Positions 53,458 through 64,000 of a stretch of DNA of 64,000 nucleotides are shown here, piece by piece. The translations under genes were made by a program, and so were the position numbers. Below the pieces are notes generated by a model. The model made no database searches. It had not been told where the DNA came from and was given only the letters and a program-made list of their open reading frames with translations. Numbering within the stretch: position 1 is the stretch's first letter; each line of letters opens with the position of its first letter. Source of the stretch: Hydrolagus affinis (taxonomy: Eukaryota); NCBI GenBank assembly GCA_012026655.1, contig JAAILG010000979.1:1-64000 (forward strand), given 5' to 3'.

Positions 53458-53712
53458 ATATTCCAGGCAGGGCGAAACCACGGGCAAGTTTCCTTACTCC
53501 GCATGCCTGATAATAATCCCTCGAAAAAACAATCCATAAATTGATCATTTCAATCCACAACTGTTTGTGGGACACTGCTGTGCACAATTGGTTGCCACAT
53601 TTCGCCACAAATATACAGTCAATTCGCATTACAGTATATTCTGTGAAGTGCCTTGAGACCTCCAGAAGATGTGAAAAGCGTTATATCAAATACAAAGATT
53701 ATGATTATTATC
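53458..53712 (+). mobile_element. Young tRNA-SINE copy (5' truncated)
   Basis: ccaggcagggcgaaaccacgggcaagtttccttactcc...gcgttatatcaaatacaaagattatgattatta. Confidence 0.9.
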
Positions 53713-54261
53713 GTGACAGTTTTTGCTACACTGCTGTGTGCAATTGGCTGCCACGTTTTGTCTTGTGCTCAGTAAGTAATACTCCTCCCCATTAATGTCT
53801 GTAATAGCATTCAAAACAGAACCTTTTTTTTTAATAACACAGCCAAACTAAACAAAATCACCACACCTACTGAACAACTCCACTAGACACAGGATTGGGA
53901 ACAAAACCCTATGTTGTGTACAGTTGAATATTTTCTCGAAATTTCCATGGGAGAAAATCTTTGTACACCACACCGATCGACAAAAGACTTCTGTCAGCAT
54001 CAGTGGAAACAAATTAGCATCCCTTTGTTGCATCTCTGCAAAATCAGCCTTTATGTTGTGTATAACTGCACAATATCTTTAAAAAGAGTCATTTGCGCTG
54101 TTAAAGAAATTGGCCAGGTTGGCTCTAATCTGAGTCAATGTTTATGTAAAGCTCTTCAGATTATAAAAATAATTCCTGTGGGTTTCACTTTACTTTCACT
54201 CTGATTTTTATTCCTGCCTTTGTTTCACACAACAAAGTAGATAGATGCGTGCTTTGGATTA

Positions 54262-54560
54262 ATAATAATTATTAATAATACTCCTTGCATTTGATAAAGT
54301 GGCTTTCACCTCACTGAGACATCTTAAAAGTACTTTACATGATTTTAGTGTGAAGTGCAGTGACTGTGTTTTGAAGGAAACCGCGGCAGCCAATTGGCAC
54401 ACAACAATATTCTACAAACAGCTATAACAATAACAACAACAACAAAATTACATTTATAGAGCGCCTTTCACGTCGAGAGGACGTCCCAAGGAATGACCCA
54501 TTTTATTTCAGGGATTGTTGGCCAGAACACTGGGAGAAACTCCCTTCTCTTTGAGTCATG
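54262..54560 (-). mobile_element. SINE 3' part with an inserted L2-type tail (about 54425-54490) and a Deu remnant
   Basis: ccttgcatttgat...gcggcagccaattggcac, then (CAA)n...gcgcctttcacgtcgagaggacgtcccaagg, then ggccagaacactgggagaaactccc. Confidence 0.7.
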
Positions 54561-55562
54561 CCATGATTAACCTAATACTGTATGTTGCATCTGACATACA
54601 TAGAGGAGAAAGATTCCATCTCCAATCAACAATGACTGTGTCTCCGACCTAAGCAAACTGTGAGATCATTCTTTGGTGCAAAATACTATACTGTAGTACC
54701 CTGACCCGATCCGCTGGCACAATTCATTTTCATCAATACAAAGATACTGTGATCCTATCCTACCCACACCCTGCTCAGTTTGCTTTGGAATTGGCGTGCA
54801 GAGGAGGACTAGAGGAGGAAAGGGATGTAAATGTTACAGAACGGTTGTTACATATTCTCTATGTTGTAGAATCATGGTCAGTAGTATTCAAATCAGAGGC
54901 CATGATTAGATAAGAACATAATAAAGAGAGTTAGTTTCTAGTGCAAACAATGTTATACTGTCTGATTACTTTGAAGGGCACAGAGCAGTTAATCTTGTGA
55001 AATTCTTGCAAACAGTGAACTGGATACCCACACATACAGACGCGTGAACAATGGATACCTAGGAAGGAGATACAAAGGTCATGTGCCAAATGGGTTCGGC
55101 AACATTTTTGAGAAGAGCAAACTTTTAGCAGGTACTCGGAACCATCTGAAATTTGACAAGAGTCAACCTTGGGACACCCTCAATTTGACCAAATATGGTC
55201 AAATTAAATTGCAACAGACTCTGTTTAAAGTCCATGCCACAGGGCTCAAACAGTTGCGGAATAAAGTGACCAATTTATTATTTTTGTTCCTGAGAGATTA
55301 CTATCAGGTGTACGGAGTAAGGAAACTTGCCCAAGGTTTCCCCTGGTTGGATACAACATACAACAAAACCATCACATGTAATGTTTGAGATGACGTAATG
55401 ATGTCAACAGTTGAACCCATGACCAACATCAAAGTTCAAGTGTTCCATTAGTAAATTGACCACGTTCTTTATTTGTGTAGAATGTCGCTCTGACAGTGAT
55501 AGGGAAAGACAGGGATTGCAATTTTATGCATCATCGTTTATGTATGTGAACCTTTACGTTTA

Positions 55563-55801
55563 TGGGTTCGATTCCCGGCCAGGGCAAAACCTTGGGCAAG
55601 TTTTCTTCTTGCACATACCTAATGATAATCCCTCTAAAAAAAAGAATTTGGTCACTCAATCCACGACTGTTTGAGGGACACTGCTGTGCGGAATTGGCTG
55701 CTGCGTTTTGCCCACAAATATACAGTCAATTCACTTTACTGTATGTCCTGTAAAACACTTTACAGAAGAAGTCAATAGCGTTTTATCAAATACAAGGATT
55801 A
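55563..55801 (+). mobile_element. Young tRNA-SINE whose (TTA)n tail is interrupted by a Helitron-like insertion
   Basis: gggttcgattcccggccagggcaaaaccttgggcaag...caaatacaaggatta. The tail continues as ttattattatt at 56820. Confidence 0.88.
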
Positions 55802-56819
55802 TCTATATACTGTATATATAAAAGCCTTAGGATATGTTTCCTCTGCAATTGTGTCCTTTGACACAGGTGGCACTGTGTCAAATCTATCTATTATAGTTCA
55901 TTATTGTGCGACCCCCTCCCGTTGCAATTCCCCATTCCAGCAATCACGAGTATGCTCACTGTGCGCATGCGCGCAATGTGTGTGAATGCGCACTTATTAA
56001 ACTTACGAACTTGGAGGTTTTTACCGATTGGTAAAAAACGCTTTTTTACTGATCTTTTTACCAGGTGTGCTGGAATCTTTATTGGTAAGTAGCTGTACAA
56101 TATTCTGTTGCTATCTATATACATATATATATATAAAAAGCCTTAGGTATGTTTCCGCAATTCCGCAATTGTGTCCTCCTGACGCGGATGGCACTGTTTC
56201 AAATCTATCTTCTATATAAAGTAAAAGCCCGTTTGTTCGGCATGCTCTGTGTGTGAGGCGGGGGGAGGGGTGGGGGGGTGAGGTGGTCAACTAATTGACT
56301 GTGCCGGGTAATCGGGTGGCAAGTTGCCGAAAACCCAACACAAGAAATAACTTATTTTAAAACATATTATATTAATAATACACTACACAGCAACAGAACA
56401 TTGTATAGCTACTTACCAATAAAGATTCCAGCACGCTCAGTAAAAACCTCCAAGTTTGTAAGTTTAATAAGTGCGCATGCGCAAAGTGAGCATACTCGCG
56501 ATTGCTGGAATGGGGAATTGCCCCCGGAGTGGGGGGGTCGAGCAATCCGGTAGATCGGGTCACGGATAAACAGCCTTTTACTGTATATAAAAGCCGTAGG
56601 TATGTTTCCGCAATTGTAACAATGAACTTCCAAAAGGAAAACAAAAACCAATACAGCTTAAAAACAACAAAAAAACAACAAAAAAAAAACAACCCAGTGA
56701 TTAAAGCTCACCCTTGTTTTTGTAAACAACAAATACACTATTTTAAAAGAGTTTCGAAATATATCAATAAAGGTGTTCAAAAACACCAGGCCATGTATGT
56801 TAGGCAGGTGTATAGCTAG
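55802..56819 (+). mobile_element. Non-autonomous Helitron-like composite element (1018 bp)
   Basis: 5' end a|TC-TATATA. 3' end has an imperfect hairpin CACCAGGCC..GGCAGGTG followed by TATAG-CTAG|t. Inserted between A and T with no target-site duplication. The flanks rejoin as GGATTA|TTATTATT. Confidence 0.8.
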
Positions 56820-57554
56820 TTATTATTATTTTACAGTGCTTGTAACATTGACACCTTACAGTGTTTCACAGTAATTACGGGCATGTGTAGCATCTTTTTA
56901 AAAATTGACAAATATGACAGCCATTTATCACAAAGTTACGCCTAACAATAATTGCTTTTCACGTAAAAAGAATGCCTCATGGCTCTTTTACAAAGATAGA
57001 GTGGGAACTGAGCTAATATGGAGAATTGTTGGTCAAGAAAGAAACTTCTCTTTTCAAATTAAATGATGGGATCTTTAAAGTTCACCCAAAGATCACGTAG
57101 ACAGTATCTCAATTTAAACATCTCATTTGAAAGAAGCGCCTCTGATCATGCAGCACTTCACTCCCAGTACTGCACAAAGTGACAGCCTAGACTAGGAGCT
57201 CCAATCATAGCATGGGACCTATTTCACTTTCAGAACACATCATAAAACCCTTCTCTTTGATCATTCGTTCAGTCACCTTTCCCCCCTTTGTTTGACCTTC
57301 CTCAACTCCTCACCATCCCCAGGCTCTCAGATGTGTGGAACACGTTGTCCCATCATCGTGAATGGCACAATATAAATGGAAGATGCTGCTACTAACTGAG
57401 CCCTTCCTTCTTCAGTTTGTGCTCCATCACATAGAAACTATCTCTTTGATGGTTTCATTTGATGAACTTTTTATTAAACTAGACTTTACCAAAAGTTATC
57501 ACCTCATTGAGTGTTATTTGCATTTAACATATTACAACTGGGAAGGATAATAAA

Positions 57555-57990
57555 TCAATTGAGCAAACTGGGCCTATATTCTCTAGAATTAGAAGAATTA
57601 AAGGTGATCTTATAGAAACCTATAAGATTCTTAAGGGGATTGACAGAGTAAACAGTGTGAGACTGTTTCCCCTGGTTGGAGAATCTAAAACTAGGCGACA
57701 TAGTCTCAAGATTAAGGATCAACCTTTTTGAACAGAGTTGAGGAAACATTTCTTCACTCAGAGGATAGTGAATTTATGGAATTCTCTACCCCAGAAGGCT
57801 GTGGATGCTCAGTCCTTGAACATATTCAAGACTGAGATTTATAGATTTCTAATGGATAGAGGGATTACAGGATATGGGGATAGGGCGGGTAAATGGAATT
57901 AGGTTAGAAGATCAGCCATGATCCTATTAAATGTTGGAGTAGGCTCGAGTGGCCAAATGGCCGACTCCTGCTCCTATTTCTTGTGTTCTA
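57555..57990 (+). mobile_element. CR1-clade LINE 3' end, well preserved
   Basis: Reads LSKLGLYSLE, a frameshift, then RRIKGDLIETYKILKGIDRV..LFPLVGESKTR.HSLKI..ELRKHFFTQRIVNLWNSLPQKAVDAQSLNIFKTEI. The 3' UTR ends ggccaaatggccgactcctgctcctatttcttgtgttct. Confidence 0.93.
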
Positions 57991-60900
57991 AATTCCTGAA
58001 AAAAATAAGGTTGTGGGGCTTCTAAACCAAGTCCAAACCTATCTGGGCCTCACCCAATGTTCACACATGAACATCTCGTAGGATTGTCCCCTTCCCTAAT
58101 CTCCCTGAAGTTAATTGTAGTGTTTCACTCTTGTTGAGCTACCATAGCCCAGTATAACAATTAATTCTGAGCATAGATCACTCAGCTACTCTGGGTTTAC
58201 TGCACATCGTGCCTTTGACATCCAATTTACGTTCTTTTGATGAATGATAAGTGCTTCTCCATGAACATGGTGGGGGAGGGGAAAGGCATTGACTCCTGCC
58301 AGGATATCTTCCCATGGGCACAATAGTTTATATATTTACAGCAGGGGATTTCCCAGAGGCATGATTGACTTACAATCATTGATGGTTTACAAAATCTGCC
58401 TTGGTCTATGCCCAGCTAACAATATGTGTCAAGCGCAGTATTCTGCTTGTACAACTGGAAATATCAAGTCAGGGACATCAAAAGTCAATTAAAATGCCTC
58501 ACTTGCATTTCTCTCCCCAAATTTATTGCCAGATGAAAGTCTGTGGAACTACTTGATGCAGATGGCAGAGTTTCCTGGGATATTATGTCCTTGTGGGACC
58601 TTGTGTAGTTGATGCAAGGCATTTTGTGTCTTTGAATAACATAGCACAAAGAGAAATGCAGCTGGCAAGGAGAGGGAGTGCAAGGAGAGCTGCAAGAAAT
58701 CAAACAAGCTTTGTGCAGGGAAACAAAATTCAAAACTATCACAATAACAGTAGAAATTGTTACTGGGTCAACCCTTCATTCCTTCCTCCTCCCCCTCCCC
58801 CTCCCACCCCCAGTATATGAAAGCCCTCAAGTCCTCAACCAAATTGCCATGCTTCCTGTCTCAGCCTTTGGTGAATATCAACAGATACTCCAAGGCCAAA
58901 GGCTCTTCTTCATCCAAACCAAGCTTATGAACCCATGATGGGTTGAAGAGCCCAGTGACATTGAGATCAATTTGAATATCCACACTGAATGTGTAGCAGC
59001 AAAGAATTCCTTTTGTAAAATAAAATCACCTAGGGAACCAGCAGCATAAATAACTTCATAGTTGATTTGTTGTGGTTTATATAGCACTAGACGCTGATTG
59101 TGTTGTTGCAGGAACAATGTGGAGTAGAGAGAAAGCTGGTCAAACTCTAATAACATCTACGTATGCCTTAAGGTACTGTCAGAATCAGAAAGTTGGGTTT
59201 GAAACTGGAAAGTATCCAGACTGCATTCTTTGCATTCTTCTGGAGTGACCGGTTGGAAGAGAACTGCACCTGTTTCTCACCTTATCTGGCCAACACTCAT
59301 ACTCCTGTACTAACTACAGTACTGCAGTACCCAACAAACATTCCACAAGAGACTAATTGGAAATCACAGCAGCTACTCACCACATCTAACATATAGGTGC
59401 TCTGCAGTTTTCTGAAGAGATTTGGGGACAGTAACTTAGGATCACTTGCAATGTTTTGAAACATTTGTGAACATAGTTACGCGCTTATAACGTAGCTTTC
59501 TTATAACTGGAGAACATTTTCTGCATCACGTCAAATGTGCGACAAATGTCAAACCGCACTAAAAAAAACTCCCCGTTTGCAATGCACCTCCACGCACGCA
59601 CATACACAATCATACATATGCACAACAGTTTTTTTCACAAACAATAAAAGCCTCCGAGAACCCAAACCTGATCTGCAGGATTCCTCCTTTCTATACAGCA
59701 GCTTCATGTTCCTTGATGTATCTCTGTCGAAGGCACTACGTGAAGGATTACAGGGAATTGTGAGCTTCAAACTGGTTCTATTTAATACACACGACAATCC
59801 CACAATACTGTATTTAGCAACTGGCGTCATTTATATATTTCAATCCATAAGGGGAGAGTAAAAAAGCTTCAAAGTACTGTATATATTTCCAATTTTTTTT
59901 ACTACTTTGGGCAAACGGAAAGACTTATCAGCAATCTTTTGTCACAAGAGCATTAACTACTCTGGGTGAATGTTTACTCTACACATTCTGCACTGAGGTC
60001 AGTCACTATAAGAACCCAAGATTGCATTCTCAAATTCAACACCCATTTGAAATCATGTTGCCACCATCCCCCAATACTCCCTAAAGCAATACTGCTTGAC
60101 AATATTTCTTACATGATATAACTGAACTGTAGCCATTCATTTCAATTGTGGGAACTGAGAAGCCAAGTTTTTTTTAAGACTAAGAATGGTAAACTTTCAC
60201 AATCATCAAAAAGAAGCAATGAGATTCTGCCAGTCTTCCAAAGCAAAATTGGATTGTATCCTCGGAGGCATATTTCCATCAGATAACAGAAATGCTTCTA
60301 ATTTGATTGTGTAACCTTTGCTCAAGGAATGTACAATAATAGCCTCGTAGAACTTCCTGGCAACCAATGGTCTATCAGTATTCACAAGAGCAAGCAGTCT
60401 AATTTGAGGAAACCACAAACGAAAAGACAGAACTTAGAATTTGGCACAGTGTATTTCCCCTTTCTCTCCTCTCCTCACCCCCCACCAAATGCACACTTTG
60501 CCTGGCAGAGAAAGAACTCACAAACCACAAACTTTGCTTCAGAGATGATAAAGTATATCAGCAATGGAGAATATCAGTCAGGGATGGGGAGGGAAATAGA
60601 GGTTTTCAGCCTAAACAGAATTCATCCAGGTTTTTAAAGTTCATAATGGAGATGCAATCATACGTATTAACAAGAATGTGATTCAGAACTGGAAAGCTCC
60701 TAAAGAAATCACAGACATGAGGTGCAGAACATCATTGGGACTGTTACTTATTCAGAGCAAGATATTCAAATTTTGTTCACAAATATAATTTGTTTGGTCT
60801 CCGCCAATGGCTCAATTCAAGTTCAATACCTTGCACGAAATCAGAAAGGAGTCAGGTTCTGTATCAAATTCTATCCGTCACTCCATTGTAACCTGCTAGC

Positions 60901-61664
60901 TGAAGAATATAATTTCTCTGCAACATCTTGACTGACTGACTGACTCCCTAACAATGCAGCTACAACAGGGAAGTGGGGTATAAATCACTGCTCCACAACC
61001 CTAACTGCGCAACAGGACTGTGGCACTATTGTTCTTGGGACTGGTTCATAGTGAAAACGGGCACCTCACTCCCAAGACTGGATCATTAAGACTGCCGCGT
61101 GTACAAGCCTCACACACAAAAAAAAACTTCATTACCAAATGAAAGAAAAACAATAAATGTTTGCTCGTAGTAATTTCAGTAATTAACTGCCCTCCCATCA
61201 AATTGACAGATAGCTTCCTGAAACAACAAGCCACAGTTTCCTCCTCCAGCTCCCTGCACACTGCAAATCAAGCTTGTGCAGCTGTGCTCTATCCACAAGG
61301 GACATGTGGAGATGATTACGTTTGCTTGTTCCCACAGCATTCACACCAGCATCACAACGCACTTCAGCAGCGTCCAAACCTTCCGCTAGTGCAAAATGTA
61401 CATTTTACATGAATCTATACGTATAGTATTTTAAAAAATCTACACACGCAGGAGAAAATCGGTGTACGGCCACCTCAGTAATCTAGCCACTTCACAATTT
61501 TGGGAACGTTTTCGCTCTCTTTCATTGTCGATGTTAAAAGGTAGGCTGTCTGCTTCGGTAAACCAGGCAACTCAACACTCAGGGCGACAGTCATTGATTG
61601 CAGCCACTACAGCTCCCTCCTCCGCTTCAAACACAATACAGACATCCCTCTCCACTACTAACCT

Positions 61665-61790
61665 GTACAGCAACAACCACAACAACTTTGATTTATATAA
61701 CGCCCTCCACGCCGGGCAGAGTCTCAAAGCGCTTCACAATAATGGATCCCAGGGCCGAGCCAGGGGCAGGGGGAAAAAGGTGACCAAGTA
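61665..61790 (-). mobile_element. L2 3' end inserted in the Tigger-like element
   Basis: (CAA)n tail. aataatggatcccagggccgagccaggggcagggggaaaaaggtgacc is nearly identical to 1354-1401. Confidence 0.82.
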
Positions 61791-62013
61791 GACAGTGTGC
61801 TAGGCCCCAGGACTCCCACGCTGTTTCATCGACGCTGCTACTTTGGGCATAGTAGGCTCCGGTCACGTGTGCGCGGGGAGTGTTGAGATCGTAGAAGTGG
61901 CGCAAAGCCCCCGCGGCCTGACCTGAACTTCTGCAGCCAATTCTTGGTAAGTGCGGCATTCAAAGCACGTAGTTTGTGTGTATATTGTTTGGTTCTATTT
62001 TGTGACTGTAAAC

Positions 62014-62148
62014 ACGCCACCATGGAAGGAGTTGTCCTTACGCAAGAGAATGGACTTAATCAGAAACAGCAAAGGCAAAAGTCGTAGACAGTTAGTCGCG
62101 ATCTACGGCATTGGCAGAACACAGGTTGGATGCATTTTCAAAAGGTAG
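62014..62148 (+). pseudogene. Truncated Tigger/pogo transposase DNA-binding domain (CENP-B N-terminal / psq HTH)
   Basis: TPPWKELSLRKRMDLIRNSKGKSRRQLVAIYGIGRTQVGCIFKR* resembles the RKxLTLxxKxxLI....S.RxLAxxFGIGxTQVxxIxKxK pattern. The start codon appears mutated (ACG) and there is a premature stop. Confidence 0.78.
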
Positions 62149-63638
62149 GTTGAATCCATGACAGGTTTTGTTTTACATGTGACAATGCCTTTATTTTAAT
62201 GCGATTGCGAAGTATGGTTGTTGAATGTTTATCACCCTTGCCCATTACAAATGCCCTTAACATTACATCAGTGACCTGAATCACCCTGACCTGTTTCAGT
62301 AATCAGGTCACCCCAATACGTAGGCCATTGTTGCCCAGACGCTTTAGTGAGGTTCTACTGTATGTGTGCATATATATATATATATATATTTATATACACC
62401 CACCCACACTTGCAGCCTGTATGCCCTCAATTATTCACTGAATAAAGGAACTTAGATTGCATGTTCGCTTCTCTAAAGACTAATTTATTTTTTAAAATTC
62501 TCTTCCCTTTCATTCTATCTTCCATTTCAAACAAACGACCAGCCCACACAATCATCTTGTCTCGTATATAGTGATTGCAAGGGCAACAGCTTGCACTTGT
62601 ATAGCACCCTCCATGCAGGGTAAACGTCTCAGAACGCTTTAGCGATTACAGCAAGCATTCTACAGAATTGGAGACCCAAACCCACTCACAATCACCTTGG
62701 TAGATCCAAATGTTCCCAATTTCGATAAAGCTTTTTCAAGGTGCTCAGTAATTAAGCTAAAACTCGGAAGGAATATGTTTTCCCTCCTCACGAATCAGGG
62801 CTGCTCATTCCCTTTAATCTTGTAGGTATTTTATCTACAAAATATAATCACGACACTCAACAGTAAACCTGGGAAACACCTATGTCCTCACGATATAATA
62901 ATAATCCTTGCATTTGATTCAGTGGCAAACATGTAAGTGGCTATTTTCTGGAGCACCTAACATCCAAGCCACATGCCTACTGCAAATACAAAAAAAACAG
63001 GTGTTAACACAGGTCCAATGCACATTAGCTCTATGACCAAGGCAGCCTTTTACATATGGGGGAATTTTCTAAGGTTGCCTTGCATTTGTTGTTGAGTGCG
63101 CTCATTAAAAATGTCAAATGTTGATCCGCAGCTACGCACACAAATCAAATTTCCTTCATACTGTCTTAAGAAATATCTCGCTTTCAACGCACCCACCCTC
63201 TCACTTGTGCAAAGTTAGAGCAAACACACAAAACAAAAGTGCAAGCTTATTCGCGTTTCTTCTGAGTGTGGCATTAACAACTGCATTGTCAACTGAACTT
63301 AAAATCTCTCCTGTCTTATTGTTAAATTGCATGAACTGATAAAGACTTTATCCCGTGTAATTTGCAGGGATATAAGTTTATAAATTCTCAGCAGCTAAAT
63401 GTTGTTCCATATCAGAAATCAGTTTTTGTGCCAAGTATTAGCTTGAGATATGGACTTTGTCACTCGGTATCTGGAATTCCACATATGTGCTTTACCTAAA
63501 AGTGTCAAACTCAAAACTTTGTCCCACGGCAGCTGTTCTCTCAGGCAACAAAATGTAACATCTACACTCCTGACAATCCTCAATCAGATCACAGGGTGTA
63601 GCATTCCATCCTCTTACATCGTTCACAAAATGGCATTA

Positions 63639-64000
63639 CCGTATATCTCCGCGTATAAGGCGCACTTTTTTTCACGTCGGAAGATCCCGAAAGTTGGGGG
63701 TGCGCCCTATACGCAGGTACAAGAAATTTTGAGCCTCGGAAATACAGTAAACAGGAGGGGCGGCCGGCGCTCTGTCAGCCGGGGCTTGGTCAGTGTCCGG
63801 CGGGGGTTGGGAGGAGCGGGTGACAGGGCTTCGGCCTCGGCCGCCCGGGCAGCGGCAGCAGCAGCTGCCCGGGCGGCTGTGCTTGCTGCCTGCCTTCTGC
63901 CTAACCCAGTCTGCCTGCCTCCCTCCCTGCCGCTTTCTCTCCCTGCCTGCCTTCTGCCTAACCCAGTCTGCCTCCCTGCCTGCCTGTCTGTCTGCCTCTC
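63639..64000. mobile_element. One end of a Tc2/pogo-type DNA transposon, running off the window
   Basis: TA|CCGTATATCTCCGCGTATAAGGCGCAC terminus with internal inverted copy GTGCGCCCTATACGC. CpG-rich interior with repeated ctgccttctgcctaacccagtctgcc. Confidence 0.7.

Larger units (their letters stand above)
61465..62360 (+). mobile_element. Internally deleted pogo/Tigger-like DNA transposon with a transposase N-terminal remnant
   Basis: Right end ...gtgaggttctactg|ta (CAGTAGAACCTC-type TIR plus TA). Left sub-terminal ggccacctcagtaatctagccac, with the left TIR eroded. Contains an HTH remnant at 62014-62148. Confidence 0.7.
51080..64000 (-). other. PARD3B: Probable PARD3B intron 1 (partial)
   Basis: Precedes the AG acceptor on the minus strand. 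No MKVTV-type exon 1 was seen in the window. Confidence 0.7.

Noticed and set aside
53101-53544. 147-aa plus-strand ORF with ATG
   Set aside because: Antisense to PARD3B, runs into a SINE, and has no recognisable homology.

Overview
Vertebrate genomic DNA, probably from a cartilaginous fish and possibly a chimaera (inferred from the L2/CR1/DeuSINE-rich repeat content, not proven). The only protein-coding sequence I can support is one 102-bp phase-0/0 internal exon on the minus strand (50978-51079). It encodes DVGYLVRIHHLEYTDGGILDPDDVLMDVVEDKDK, which matches exon 2 of PARD3B (N-terminal PB1-like CR1 oligomerisation domain). The rest is therefore most likely PARD3B intron 1 (right) and intron 2 (left). 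It is filled with L2 and CR1 LINE 3' fragments, several tRNA-derived SINE families, pogo/Tigger- and Tc2-type DNA transposon remnants, a ~1-kb composite non-autonomous Helitron-like element, several CNE-like blocks and a 100-N assembly gap. Most ORFs in the supplied track are spurious. I found no clear new biological system. The most notable observations are the composite Helitron with an internal inverted duplication, the long in-frame read-through from exon 2 into intron 2, and inverted SINEs flanking exon 2. Repeat boundaries are approximate unless exact termini are quoted. Family names come from recalled consensus similarity, not from a database search.
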